DNA of 61,052 nucleotides, counting the filler, from Cladosporium halotolerans (lineage: Eukaryota), in the NCBI RefSeq assembly GCF_011745625.1. It is 2 parts of 2 records of this genome, joined end to end, with 100 filler letters (N's around TTAATTAATTAA, not from the genome) between each part and the next. Parts side by side here need not be neighbours in the genome. Positions count along the whole stretch, not along the records: positions 31,053 to 61,052 come from NW_027191530.1; 1 more part is not named here. One strand, written 5' to 3'. A program made the translations under genes and the position numbers. The notes beneath the pieces are model-generated. The model was given only the letters and a program-made list of their open reading frames with translations, was not told the DNA's origin and did no database searches. Below, piece after piece: positions 36,173 to 47,956 of this stretch (position 1 is the first letter of the stretch; each line of letters opens with the position of its first letter).

Positions 36173-37276
36173 ATGTCCGTCTCCCGCGCTTTTGCACCGC
36201 GCCCCTCCAGAAAAGCCTCATCTGTCAGCCCGGAAGGCGGGTTGGCGTCGGTAGCTGACCGATTGCATGGTAAATACGGCTCCTACTTGGCTTGTAAGAG
36301 CTGTACATCCTCAGGGAGGGACCGGAAGAGCAATTACAACAAGAATCTAGCCGGAAAACGCGATGGAGAGGAAAGGTATTATCGCCGGTGGTGCTGTACG
36401 ACCAACGGCAAGTTCGGCTTCCCGAGCCTGAGCAATACAGCTTACATCGACTGGGCCAGAACCCAGCTTTCTCGCGATTCTTTCCGTGCCGTTGTCGAAT
36501 CCATTCGTAGCGGCTTCGAGGATAAAGGACCAGAGCATTGCCGGCTCGGACTGCTCCTCCAGGACGAGCCGTCCCTGACCACGGGAAATAATTCACTCAA
36601 GCGTAAAGCTACCACAGTACAAGCCACCCCACCACCTACCAAGCGTCGACTGGACTTCTTCACATCGGGGGGAGTCGTGCCTCCTGCCACCAGTGTGACA
36701 TCGTGTCGAAAGGACGAGGGAGCCCATGTGACCCCGGCATCATCCAGACTCGACGTCGAGGAAGCCATTCTCATCCATTCTTCTCATCCAGGGCTGGTCG
36801 CTGGCTTGACGGAAATTCGAAGTAAGCTGAACCAGCTTATTACTGCCTTCGGTGAGGGAGACGTAAGTCGCCAGCAAGAGGAAAAGCAAGTGGACTGTGA
36901 CAAGACGCGGGAGAACAGTCTCTCACCTGAGGAATGCTTGGGCCTTCACGAGGCAAAAGATCTGGCTCTGCGGGCGACTGTCAGACCGATCACACCCCCC
37001 GATCAGTCGTCGCCCCCTTGTCGCCCGCCGGCGTCTACCGGGACATTCGTCGAACTCTTGCCATTGAGCGCCGACGGGTTTGACGCTGCTCAGCCGGAAG
37101 TCGCACGAGAAAGCCCGCCGGCCGTCAGCCTGGCTGCCACTTTGGCGGCTGGCTTCCACTCAGCCGACGCTTTAGAGAAGAAGGAGATCCGCAAACGGGT
37201 AAAACAGGAGAATGTCGTTGCAGCCTTCGAGGAAGAAATCCGCAGGATTGGTGCCCTCGCCAAAACGCTCACTTAG
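36173..37276 (+). CDS. ORF1 of a non-LTR retroelement (Zn-ribbon-like N-terminus, coiled coil)
   Basis: Open frame 36032..37276 with likely ATG at 36173; CKSC...RRWCC motif; overlaps the start of the EN-RT ORF by 65 nt. Confidence 0.65.
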   Translation: MSVSRAFAPRPSRKASSVSPEGGLASVADRLHGKYGSYLACKSCTSSGRDRKSNYNKNLAGKRDGEERYYRRWCCTTNGKFGFPSLSNTAYIDWARTQLSRDSFRAVVESIRSGFEDKGPEHCRLGLLLQDEPSLTTGNNSLKRKATTVQATPPPTKRRLDFFTSGGVVPPATSVTSCRKDEGAHVTPASSRLDVEEAILIHSSHPGLVAGLTEIRSKLNQLITAFGEGDVSRQQEEKQVDCDKTRENSLSPEECLGLHEAKDLALRATVRPITPPDQSSPPCRPPASTGTFVELLPLSADGFDAAQPEVARESPPAVSLAATLAAGFHSADALEKKEIRKRVKQENVVAAFEEEIRRIGALAKTLT

Positions 37277-40200
37277 GATTGGCTACGTCAACGTCAACGG
37301 CCTGGACCGGCTGAAGTGGGAGAGCTGCCTCAGGCTCCTTCATACATCCTTCGACTTCCTCTTCCTCGCCGAAACCTGGTTCTTAGGTCACGCCAAGTAC
37401 GTACGTGATCGACGCTTCGTCTCCTCCACCCCTGTCCCTCCACCTTCGCACCAGCGTACTCGTAATGGCGGCGGGCTATACCTTCTGGCAACGGCTTCGG
37501 CGAGGGGCAGGCTGCTGGACGATGTCAAAACGACGCCCTCGACAATCACATTCAACATCGATGGTCTTTGCGTCTCTGGTATCTACCTGCAGCCTAGCAT
37601 GTCCTGTGAAGATGTCGTCGCGACCCTTCGGTCGCTCGCTACCTCTGCCGTCGTGATGGGCGACGTCAATGCACGTCTGCCATGGTTGGAGACACAATAC
37701 GGAAGACCAGGACCACCAGAAAGGGTAGAGGCCTTGTCCGACTTCATTCGCTACCACTCGTTCACCGCCGCCCAACCTCACATATCGCTGTGTGCTCCAT
37801 CATAATTCGCACTTCCTGCAAAGGCAAGTCTGGCCAAATCGTTGACCGTGGATCACTGCTTCATCAAGATGAGCCGTGTCTCGCAGGCAAGGCTGCTGCT
37901 GCAGGAAAATGCCTCTATCGGTCTTTCCACCGACCATATCCATACGCTACACCTGCAGCTGAAAACGTCCAGGTCGGCTTCTGCTATCGCGGATGACTAC
38001 TCTTCGCCCCCGAGTCTTCGCTTCTGCCTAAGCAAGCTGTCTGGCGAACAGGTGGAAAAAGACATGTGCGATGCTTTCGACGCTGGCGTGAAGTCGCTCG
38101 GTCTAATGTCCGGAAGTATTGTTGATCCCAGCTCTCCGGATCGCCGGCTAGTTTCGTTGGTCCAGTCGGTCTGTCGCCGATTTTTGGGCCAGAGAAAGTC
38201 GTTGGGGTTAGCCACTGGGACTCGTAAAGAAATTCCCGTTGGTCGTCAAGATCTAGTCATCAGCACCTTGCTCTACAAGTCTACTGCTGTCAAGTCTCGT
38301 GGGAACGGGGTCATTCTGCCTTCGAAAAGTGGGCGGGCGAAATGGTTGTCGGCGTTGCAAGAGATCTCTGCGTCGCTCGTCACACGATACGCTGGACGAC
38401 CGTCAGAGGATAGCCAGCCAGCCCGAAGCTCCAGCCACTCTTTCATCGCTCTATCCGAAGAAGATGTGGCGCGAGAGATCCGCAGGCAAGATGCAAACAA
38501 GACTTGTGGCCTGGACGGCATCCATATGCGTGTCATCCAGGTCCTCCTGCCCTCTTCTTACCTAGCCGTCCTCTGTCGTCTGTTCAACCTCTGTTTTTCG
38601 ACAGCGAGTAGTCCCTCGACATGGAACTCGACCGAGATACACATGGTGACTAAGGACGTCAATCGAACCCGGGATGCAGACAACGTCAGACCCATCACTC
38701 TCATATGCATGCACCGTAAACTGTTCGAGAGACTACTGCTGGTACACTCTTTCGATAAGACCGGCTGGGCGAAACTACACCCTACTCAGGCTGGTTTTCG
38801 TGGTGACTACTCAACCTTGACCAACGCTGCTGTCGTACACCACCTCCTCTCGACAGCTACCGTCCATTACGCTGCTTTTATCGATCTCGAAAAGGCATTT
38901 GACATGGTCGACCACACTCGTCTTTCTGATCTGCTCGTCTCACGTCGTTGCCCCGACCATATTCATCGTCTGATTCGAAGTTTGACATTCCAAGGACTGC
39001 GCTCTCGCGTTCTCGTCAACAACCAATCGTCTGCCTGGTTCTCTCGCACTCGCGGTGTCTTACAAGGATCTCCTCTCTCGCCCTACCTTTTCAATATCTA
39101 CATCGACGAGCTGGTTTCTGAGTTAAACAGAGGTTCGACGGGCATTCCACAGTCTCTATTCTATGCCGACGACGGCGTCCTCTTAGCTCGAGACCTCGAC
39201 AACCTCTGCTCTCTCACGGACATTCTAACTGAATGGAGCTCTCGGGCTGACATAGCCGTGAATGTCAAAAAATGCGGAATCATTATCGGCCGTGCAGCCT
39301 CTTTCGACGAAGCCGTTGTTTCTGTGTACGTCTCTGGGAGCACACTGCCCGTTATCGAAGTCTACAATTACCTTGGCTTCCCTGTCAAATCACGAGGTAT
39401 AGATTTTTGCGAGTACCTCAGCAAACGTTTCTCGCAAGCTAATGGCCGCGCTTCTTTCCTCCGTCTATACTCTGATACCTGGGGCCCTGCCCATCGCTTG
39501 CGTATCTATGGCAGGTATCTGGCACCCATGTTTGAGTATGGTGCACCGCTCGTTTTTGCTTGGGCCTGTCAGAATGAAGCGAACATGAAGGCATTCCAAT
39601 CGGGCACCGAGGGTTGGAAAGGCCTTGTTGGATGGATCCTCGACTGCAGCCCTGATGGTTCTGCTGTAGGTGCCAACCTTTGCGGCGTCCTCGAACCTGT
39701 CATTCGTTTCCGACATCTGCATACTTCCTTCCAACGCTTGCTTTCGCTTAGCACACCTGAGAGTCCACTAACCGCTTGTCTCGCGTCTAAAGCTCTCCTC
39801 CCTCGTGGGGGCTGTGGCAAGCCTTTTCTTGACAGTCTACGTGAAGCACCCGAGTGGGCTGCGATTGCGGGTGAGACCGCTTCGCCGTCCCGCTCTCGTC
39901 GCCTCCTGCGCCTTCACCTTCGTCGATCGAGGCGGTCTGCAATACTCCTCTCGTGTTCGCTGAGACATCTCTCGCGATTGACTGCGAGATCGCGTTCTGC
40001 GACGGCATTGTTGGGTGCAGACTGTGTTTTTCTGGCCCCTCTAGAGTATCAGCAGGATTTTGTTCGATATTGAATGGGTCGTTTTCAACTCGGCAAGACC
40101 TGCGTCTGTAACCCACACGTTATGTTTCGACGTGGTCATGAGATATGCAGGTACCTACCGCGGCTTGTCCAATTGTCCGGCTCAGAGAAGCGTCAGAAAG

Positions 40201-40385
40201 CCGGGATGGCGAGGCGACTCGGCATCGACACTTTCGCAAGTTTCACTAACACCGATTCTCTTCTAAACCTCCGGCAATATCGTCGTGCTGGTAGAGCGCT
40301 TGCCACTATCCGCAAGACCCTCGGTGATGTCTATTCGGAGCGAATGGCGGCCTGCGACGACTCGACTCTGAACGAGGCGACTTGA
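37212..40385 (+). pseudogene. ORF2: APE-type endonuclease + reverse transcriptase with two in-frame stops
   Basis: ORFs 37212..37805, 37842..40073 and 40074..40385 share one frame. EEP motifs YVNVNGL, FLAETW, MGDVNA, VDH, TDH; RT motifs KTCGLDGI, RPITL, QAGFR, FIDLEKAFD, GVLQGSPLSP, FYADD, YLGF; C-terminal CxC..H..C. Stops: TAA 37803-37805 and TGA 40071-40073. Confidence 0.93.
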
Positions 40386-40929
40386 ACCACTTAGTCCGAA
40401 TCCTTCAATCTTTCGATCGATCCAAACGATACATCCGATGACGGACTGACTTTGTCATGACCTGAGGTTGTTGAGGTGCTGCTGTGTTGATGTTATATCA
40501 ACGTAGCCAACCCCCACGTGGCGTTACTGGTGGATTCCAGGTGCTGTCTTCTAGGGGTGTGGATGGACGCCGCGTGCCGGAGCTATTGCTAGTGGACTCT
40601 AGATGGCTTCCGTGGGTGTCGATGTCGCTGGTGGACTCCAGACGTCGTGTTCGAATGCTAGTGGACTCTAGCCCGATCCTCGTCCGCCCACTCCCCTGGT
40701 GGATGCTCTTAGAAGTGAGCGCGATTGACTTCTCGGCGTGGTACTCTGTCAGCGTCTGGCCCAAGGGCCCTTCGCATACCTGGCATGGGTCTGCCATTCT
40801 AGAGTGAGGTTCTCTTCTGGGTGATGCTGTGGTTTCAGTGTCCCATTTCTAGGACCGCCTCACACTCGGCTGGCTGTGGCCGCGTATTAGGGTGGGAGAG
40901 TCGGCGTGCGTGCTGCGTGCGCCCGACCT

Positions 40930-41188
40930 GTCATCACGAGACGTACACATTCCCCCGGAAGCGAGGTGTCGACCGGGTTAAGGAAGGCGAACGTGCCCTG
41001 GATTGGGTGGTCTCGGCTTCTGATTGAACCGACGGGAACCTGGGCCTTACACCTGGAGTAACCGTGTCGCCTGGCGGCGCTGAATGCAGGTTCCATCGGT
41101 TGGGGTCGACTTACCTGGATTAGTAGGCCGACTCTTGCTGGAAAGGACGTCGATCGTGCCACCGCAGGCGTAGGCAGTCGGCTGCCAC
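40930..41188. repeat. Dispersed repeat, copy 1 (copy 2 at 55199-55431)
   Basis: Diverged ~250-bp similarity ending in an identical 33-mer GTGCCACCGCAGGCGTAGGCAGTCGGCTGCCAC (41156-41188 and 55399-55431). Confidence 0.8.
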
Positions 41189-41549
41189 TCGATCGAACGA
41201 CGTCTGATCTAGATGAGGGAGTGAAACCTGATGGCAGGATACCGGCCAGCGCTGTCTGTTCATGGGGCATGCACCCGATAGGTGTATCGTCAGAAAGGAC
41301 CATGAGAATCATCGATGGGATCGTCGGGTTCCCGCGAAGGATATATGTGATCCGCTCTCTGCTGGCATGACGGGACACGAAAGGGGAATGGTTTATCCGG
41401 TACCCAGCCCGATCCGACTGACTCAGTCGGTCAGAGGGAGATGTGCATGGATTTGCCTCGCTCTCTGCAGTCTGACCTTCAATGTATGTAGCTTGTTATT
41501 GTTTGCGTCTGCCAGCCTACATAGCACTCTCATGTGAACCACTAACCCT

Positions 41550-41660
41550 AAGGGCCAGAGAACAAAGGTGTCTGCCTCCACGAAAACGTACCACTGCTTG
41601 TCAGGTATCATCTGCAGTGTTCTGTTGACCATCGGGAGGAACTTCCATTTATCAAGCTTC
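41550..41660 (-). pseudogene. Glycosyltransferase family 31 (Fringe-like) fragment
   Basis: WKLDKWKFLPMVNRTLQMIPDKQWYVFVEADTFVLW is characteristic of fungal GT31 proteins; it abuts the retroelement fragment. Confidence 0.65.
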
Positions 41661-42570
41661 CATCTGCAGCGCAGTATGTCTCGAGAAGATGTCGCCGCTG
41701 CTCTGGACTCGGTGGCAGCTTCGCACGTGGTCTTGGGAGACATCAATGCCCGCCTGCCGTGGCTGAAGACACAAGCCGGTCGACCTGGCCCGCCCGAGAG
41801 GGTGGAAGCGTTGTCTGACTTTGCCCGCTCGCACGGATTCGTCACCCTCGAAGCTTCCGAGCCCGTTGACCCACCGCAATCCGGCCTCTCAGTCAAGGTG
41901 GTGTTGAGTAAGAGTCTCACGATCGATCAATTGCTTCGTCAAGTCCGGGCGAGCCGCCGGCGGGAGACTCTTTCTGATGGACAACGACTCGACGGGTCTT
42001 CCCACCGATCACGCGTACACCCTCTGCCTGCATCTGAACGTCCAGCACTCACCCTCTCCGTGCACTGGTGATACGCCAGGGAGCGTTCGCTTCCATTTGG
42101 GCAAGCTGGCCGACGAGGATGTGCGAAGGGACATTTGTGCCGCTTTCGACGCGGGTGCAAGGTCTCTCGGCTTGTTGTCCGCAAGGCCATCTGATCCCGT
42201 CATCCTGGATCGACGTTTGATCACTCTGATTCGATCCATATGTCAGAGGCTTCTGGGCCAGAGAATGCCCCGTCCGGCCACTGGAGTCAGCAAGAAGGTC
42301 GTCTCCGCCAAGCCACAAGATCCTCAAGTCAGTACCTTGCTCTACAGGTCGGCCGCGGCCGAGTCTCGAAAGAATGACGACATCTTACCTTCGGAGCGTG
42401 GACGTGCAGAGGGGCTTTCGGCACTGCAGGAGATAGCTGGCTCGCTGGCGGATTGGTACGCCGGTCGACTTTTGGCGTCCGACGGGTCGGGCAACGCTGT
42501 CGGAGCAGACCAGCGCCACGGCGAGCTCTCCGAGGACGATGTGGTGAGCGAGGTGGGCAGACAGGATTTT
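41660..42570 (+). mobile_element. Truncated, frameshifted paralogue of the EN-RT ORF2
   Basis: LQRSMSREDVAAAL..VVLGDINARLPWL..GRPGPPERVEALSDF and TDHAYTL..KLADEDVRRDICAAFDAG..LSEDDVVSEVGRQD align with 37586-38490; frameshift near 41930; ends before the RT core. Confidence 0.88.
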
Positions 42571-43592
42571 TCTCACTGTTCAGATCTAATCGCCATCTCA
42601 CCTCATCGGCCCGCCACAGCATGTTCACCGTTCCTCTCGCTTAGCTTTCGCGTGCCGATGAAATCCATAGCCTGATGGAATTGCGCGAACGACAGACGGC
42701 ACCTTCGCTGGGACATTCTCTTTCGCATGGATTTTCTGTTCGTACCTACAATCCGACATGCAGGGGCTTGTGACAACACGATGTTTTGCAGTCAGTGTCG
42801 TTTTCGGTTGCTAGCAACTAGTCTACGAAGCGCTCTTCCGCTCGACCGATCTACGCGCTGTACCGCACGCACTACATTGTGTTCCTTCATCGTATTACTC
42901 CGCTTTTGGTTCATCGCTTGATGGCTTGTCGTTCCGCTCGGAGTACAACGTGAACGCTTCATATGCCTCAGACTGCGCATCGTAGTAAATGTGAACAGTT
43001 TGACCAGATCCTCTGGAAATCTGGTCGTCCGTCCTCATACGGACGGTAATATGTGGTCTCAAATCAGAATGACTCGTGTGTAGTGGGTTTCTGACGAAGT
43101 GGTTAGACATCTTCCACGCCTGAGCAAGCTTGTATCTATTACTTTACAAGCACATCCGTAAAATGTGCGCAATCAGGAGTGTTCCAGACTTCGCGCGTAA
43201 GATTCTGGATCAGTTGACGTCTCCTGGCATCACGGATGCGTTGAAGGAACTTGATTGTTGGAATGCGTCCAGTCATAATGTAGATACTCGATTGCTGAAG
43301 ACTGTCTCAAAACGTCTTTACTGGTAAAAGTTGAAAAAGATTTAGAACATAGCACATAAATAAAGATGTTCCCGTCGTCGTATCACTCCAAGTCGCCTGG
43401 ATGAATGAAATGTGGGGCAACGTTCGGCTAGTGGGTATCTATCATTGGACAAGCCACAAGTTGCTGGAAACACGCTAGTGTACGCGCGCGCTACCCCGGG
43501 CGCTTCAACATACTCACGTGCCATGATCGCATTTTTACTCCCGCAAGCTTGCCCTCCATGTAAGCAATCTCTCTCCAAATAGAACTAAGCTC

Positions 43593-45133
43593 ATGCAATG
43601 CTTACACCCCCTCGCCAGATCTGTGGCATCGAAGTCGAGACTCCGAACGTCTTTCAGAGATGTTTTGGGGCTTACCCATCGTTATCTACATACGGGTGTT
43701 CCGATGGCAAAGTCTGCGGGATTTGCCACGTGTGAGCTTGATGCTGAACCCCTCCATCGATACAGAGCTGGCGGCTACCATCCTCTGCATCTAGGTGACC
43801 GTCTGAAGGCAGGACGATACGAGGTCCTACACAAACTCGGATGGGGTGGTTATGCCACTGTCTGGCTAGGGAAAGATCACGAGTTGGTACTATCCTTTCT
43901 TTGTTGAGGCCATATTCTGACGGGCCACAGTCTAGGACTACCTGTAGCGATGAAAGTTATCGTGTCAGAGTTATGCGACGAAAACCACGAAGCCTCCATG
44001 TATCATCATGTTTCGTGTGGTCCTCCCGAACATCCAGGAAGGGATAAACTACCACAGATGCTCGATTCGTTTACCTTCGAAGGGCCTAATGGTGTGCATC
44101 AGTGTCTCATTCTGGAGCTCCTTGGAGCATCGATGTCATCGATGTTTGAGAAATACGAGACCAATCGGCTTCCAAGTGGCCTAGCATGGGACGTAGCCAG
44201 ACAAGTGGTACAGGCGACGTCTTACATGCACGATATGGGAATAGTGCACGGTGGTAAGCTGAGCCCATCCTTATGAAAAGTTCATTCAACTGAACTTCGC
44301 TATGTCCAGATCTACATCCGGGAAACATTGCGCTTCTGAATCCAGCCATTTTGGGAAAGTCCGCCGAAGAAATCGTGGCATCAATGGACGCACCAGCCAC
44401 TGCAGACGTTCGAGCGTCTGACGGAGAAAGGCTCACCAACCATTTACCGCAATACCTTGTACTTCCTTCAGCGATCCCTCAACCCAAGTCGTTGACCGAT
44501 TGTAAGGTGAAGGTAATAGACCTTGGCTCCGCATTCCTCTCTGACCATCACCCGAGCACAATGAGGATGCGTTGCCCGCTTCCGTACCGAGCCCCAGAAG
44601 CAGTAATAACAAGTCAATGGGATAAAGAAGCCGACATCTGGTCCCTCGGTTGCACAGTCCGTACATGCATTGTCTAGCAGCCTATGCAGAACTGACAATT
44701 TGACAGATCTTTGCCTTGATCGTTGGGTATCCGCCATTCGACTCATTCCTATTTAAAGAACAAGAACTAGTCAGCCAATGGATCGGAACTTTTGGCGAGC
44801 TTCCCTCAGAGTGGCAGGGGTATTCTACCTTGCAAGATATTGGTAGGCCACAACCGCAAAATATGTAACCTTTCTATGGCGACCAATGATATTAACAAAC
44901 AGGCAGATCAGGCTGAATTGGATGTCGGGAGCCTTACAGATTGGCTACGCGAGACGTATTATGATGACGATAGACCGCCAAGTCTCACGGACACAGATTT
45001 AGAGAGAGTTGGGGGACTCTTGCTTCGACTTCTCCAGTACCGCCCTTCTGATCGCCCTTCCGCTGGAGAGATTCTATTAGATCCTCTGTTTCATCCACAC
45101 ACATTTCGCGTTGACAATTTGGCTAGACAGTGA
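43593..45133 (+). CDS. SRPK-like (CMGC) Ser/Thr protein kinase, multi-exon
   Basis: YRAGGYHPLHLGD, LHKLGWGGYATVWL, VAMKV, HG/DLHPGNI, IDLGSA, YRAPE, DIWSLGC, RPSAGEILLDP, with introns between them. Confidence 0.88.
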
Positions 45134-45877
45134 ACGTAGTCCCCTTCCAACTCAGATAACTCCATCAACTCAATGTGGCCCCGATGAGTTAGTAAATCTC
45201 ATATGCTACATCTTGGTCTCTCGGTCGTGCTCCAGCCTAGGTGTTGCGCCTGATGGATAGCATATTTATCATACGCTCTTCTCTAACCAGCCTCGATTTT
45301 GTGCACACTGCTTGTTTGGTGACTAAAAGAAACCAACAGTGGCCCTCTAGTGCCACTACCCAGTCCATTCCAAACTTTATGGCCCAAGTCGAACAAGTCC
45401 TTGGCGAAAGCAGATTGTATTTCCAAGGGGTCTTGAGATTTTGAGACGATCACGGCACCAATGCGTGCGGACGCACCGGCTTTAACTAAGCCTCATCGGC
45501 CCGGGTAGAGATCGTCAACGCTGCGCCACCAACCGTTCGAGCGACGTTATTAGTCAATATGGAACACAGCCTAGGAATCTGTGAGCTATAGTAAAGAGGC
45601 CGCGCTGGATGCGAGAGCCAGACGCTAGCGCCGAAAGGAGTATGATGAATCCACCGTGGGCAGAGTGGATTGGATGCGTGTAGTGTGAATTAGGGTTCAT
45701 ACGAGCAGCTGCCCGCCCACGCCAGTCCACAGACCAAACCCCGCGGCCATAGCGCAGACTCGGGATGCGGGCGGCGAGCTTGAGATCGACGACAGCGGCG
45801 AAGACGGCTAAGACGACCGCGACGGAGGCGACGAGGAGGCGGTGGTATCTGCGCCACAATGGAAGAAGCGAAGGACC

Positions 45878-47481
45878 ATGAGGTCCACCAGGAACAGCCC
45901 GCCCCGGAAGCTCACCCCTCCGCCTCGGTGTACCAAGACGAAGAGGGGAGTCCTGACCGACACGATCTCGTACGAATCGGTTGCGGAGTTGAGCGGAGCG
46001 GGCTCGGAAACCGTCGAATCGCCATCCACCGGCGTCCAGGATGACTCTGATACTTCTATGGGTGACGAGGGCGTAATACCGGCCACGGATGAGGACCGCC
46101 AGACCGGGCCAACCTTACCGGATGATGGTGAGTGGCACCTGCCGACGGCACCCTGTTGTCTCTGATCTGCGTGCTCGTTCCGTTCACGATTGACATGATC
46201 TAGTCGATGACCCTCCGCCGATGACTTCCCCAGAGGAGATCGGCGCCTTGGGCCTTCTCTCTCTCTTCGCACCTCCGCTCCCAGCACACCGTTGGCAGAG
46301 CCTGCCGTGGATGACGGTGAAGATAGCCTGTTCGTGCCAGAGAATCCTACCGTGATAGCACCTCTTCCCAAGTCAATAGCGTCGCCCCGAATCGAGGACA
46401 CCGTCTCACGGACCGCGAGCTCGAATGTGGCCCCGCCCGGTGGTGTGGACGACGTCGACGCAACGCGCCTATTGAACGGGACCGACGATGAGCGCGAGCT
46501 ATACAGACACTTCCGCATCGACTTAGACACGGCCGAAAGGCAGTGGGATCATCCCAGCACACGGCAAGGCATGGCGAGGCTACGGGAACGGGAGCCGCTC
46601 CTCCAGCCGACGTTCTTGAGGTGTTTGGCGATCGCCCGCAGGACTATGAATGAGGACATCGTACACGAATGGCGGGACTCCCAGGAGCAAGGCTGGGAGA
46701 GGCGACGGCAACACGGGTTCGGTCTCGAAAGACCCGCCACGGCGACTCCTCGTGCCTCGCTGCCTGCCGTCGAGCCTGCGCGGCGAGACGTGGTTGCAGA
46801 GGCGTACCGCCAATTCAAGGAAGCCAGAGGGGCGGGTACGAATAGCTGGAAAGTACGTTTCCAGTACCGGCGAGCAGCGATCAGGCTTTCCGTTCAGTAC
46901 AGTACGAGAGTTACCCCAACCTCCGCACTGCGCAGCCCTCCTGTTGGACGAGCGTGCCGCTACATGACCGCTCCATGCTACTCCGCGCCTTATTCCGAGA
47001 GATCCGCCACGAGTGGTGCGACGCCCTGCCCGACGGCTCCACCGAAAAGCAAGTCAAGGATCAGGGGTACACACACGAATGTAGGACTTTCAACCAGATC
47101 ATCCAAGACGGAAAACGCTGGAACATCTTCGCCCGAGATCTCGGTCTTGGGGCTCTGCTCCTCATTGACACGTCCGGTAGCGTCGACTACCTCCAACAGC
47201 AGGTCCCCATCCCCATCTTCGCCGCCTGGACTCGGCTGATCTCGAGGGTCAGGCTGGATGTGAAGGATATCGCGGCCAGGGTGGAGGATCACTACGATGG
47301 CATGGAGAATCCGTCCTTCTACGCCGCGCGAAAACTGAGGCCGCTGAAGCTGGAGCGACGTGCATACCGTGCCTGCTCGCCCGGCCAGCAGCTCGAATTC
47401 TCGTGCAGTGAAGGCGGGAGGACGCCGACAGCCGACCCGAGCAGTCTCGCGCAGCCCAGCGACGGTATACGAGCCAATTAG
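45878..47481 (+). pseudogene. Hypothetical gene, paralogue of 34223..35683, with a frameshift near 46950
   Basis: Exon from 45878 with a GTGAGT donor near 46128; ORF 46292..47239 then shifts to 46954..47481 carrying TFNQIIQDGKRWNIFARDLGLGALLLI...YLQQQ..FAAWTRLI..RPLKLE. Confidence 0.55.
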
Positions 47482-47956
47482 GCCATCGAAGATTTCATCG
47501 GGGTTTTGGGGCTGGAGGATACGGATATGCCTGACCTACCGGGCTCGAATATCCGGATGTAGTGGCTTTACGTAGATATGGGCGTAGACTCTTGTATCGC
47601 TGTTGTGCCAATGATGTCTTGTGGTTGGTGAGATCGTTCGATTTGATTGGTTGAGATCACAGGGTGAGAACCCACCTCCCACCAGTCCTGGTGGGAGGTG
47701 GGTCCGGCGGGTGGCTCTTTGGCCAATCAGCACCGCTTACGTTCCGGTCTGGAATGTACGCATGGCATGGGCACGAGACATGTTGCACGAGAGGGTGACC
47801 TCTCGTTGAAGTGAATAATTTTGTGGGTTGATTCGTTGTTATCTAGTCTAGGCGCGTGGTCTGGTTGACCGGGCTTTTGAGCATAGTGCGATCTGCGACT
47901 CGGATCCCCAAAGTTCCTCGGCCTGCGACATTCCCCCCGCTAGGTAAGCCCGCTTT

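Larger units (their letters stand above)
36032..40400 (+). mobile_element. Non-LTR (LINE-like) retrotransposon; boundaries undefined
   Basis: ORF1 plus EN-RT ORF2 layout; no poly(A) tail or TSD recognised after 40385. Confidence 0.8.

Noticed and set aside
40580..40672. Three spaced copies of GCT(A/G)GTGGACTC(T/C)AG, superficially CRISPR-like
   Set aside because: Only three short units with uneven spacing, in a eukaryote with no cas genes; they encode LESTS repeats in ORF 40498..40797.
42727..43578. Short ORFs between the retroelement fragment and the SRPK-like kinase
   Set aside because: Interrupted by stops and without identifiable motifs.
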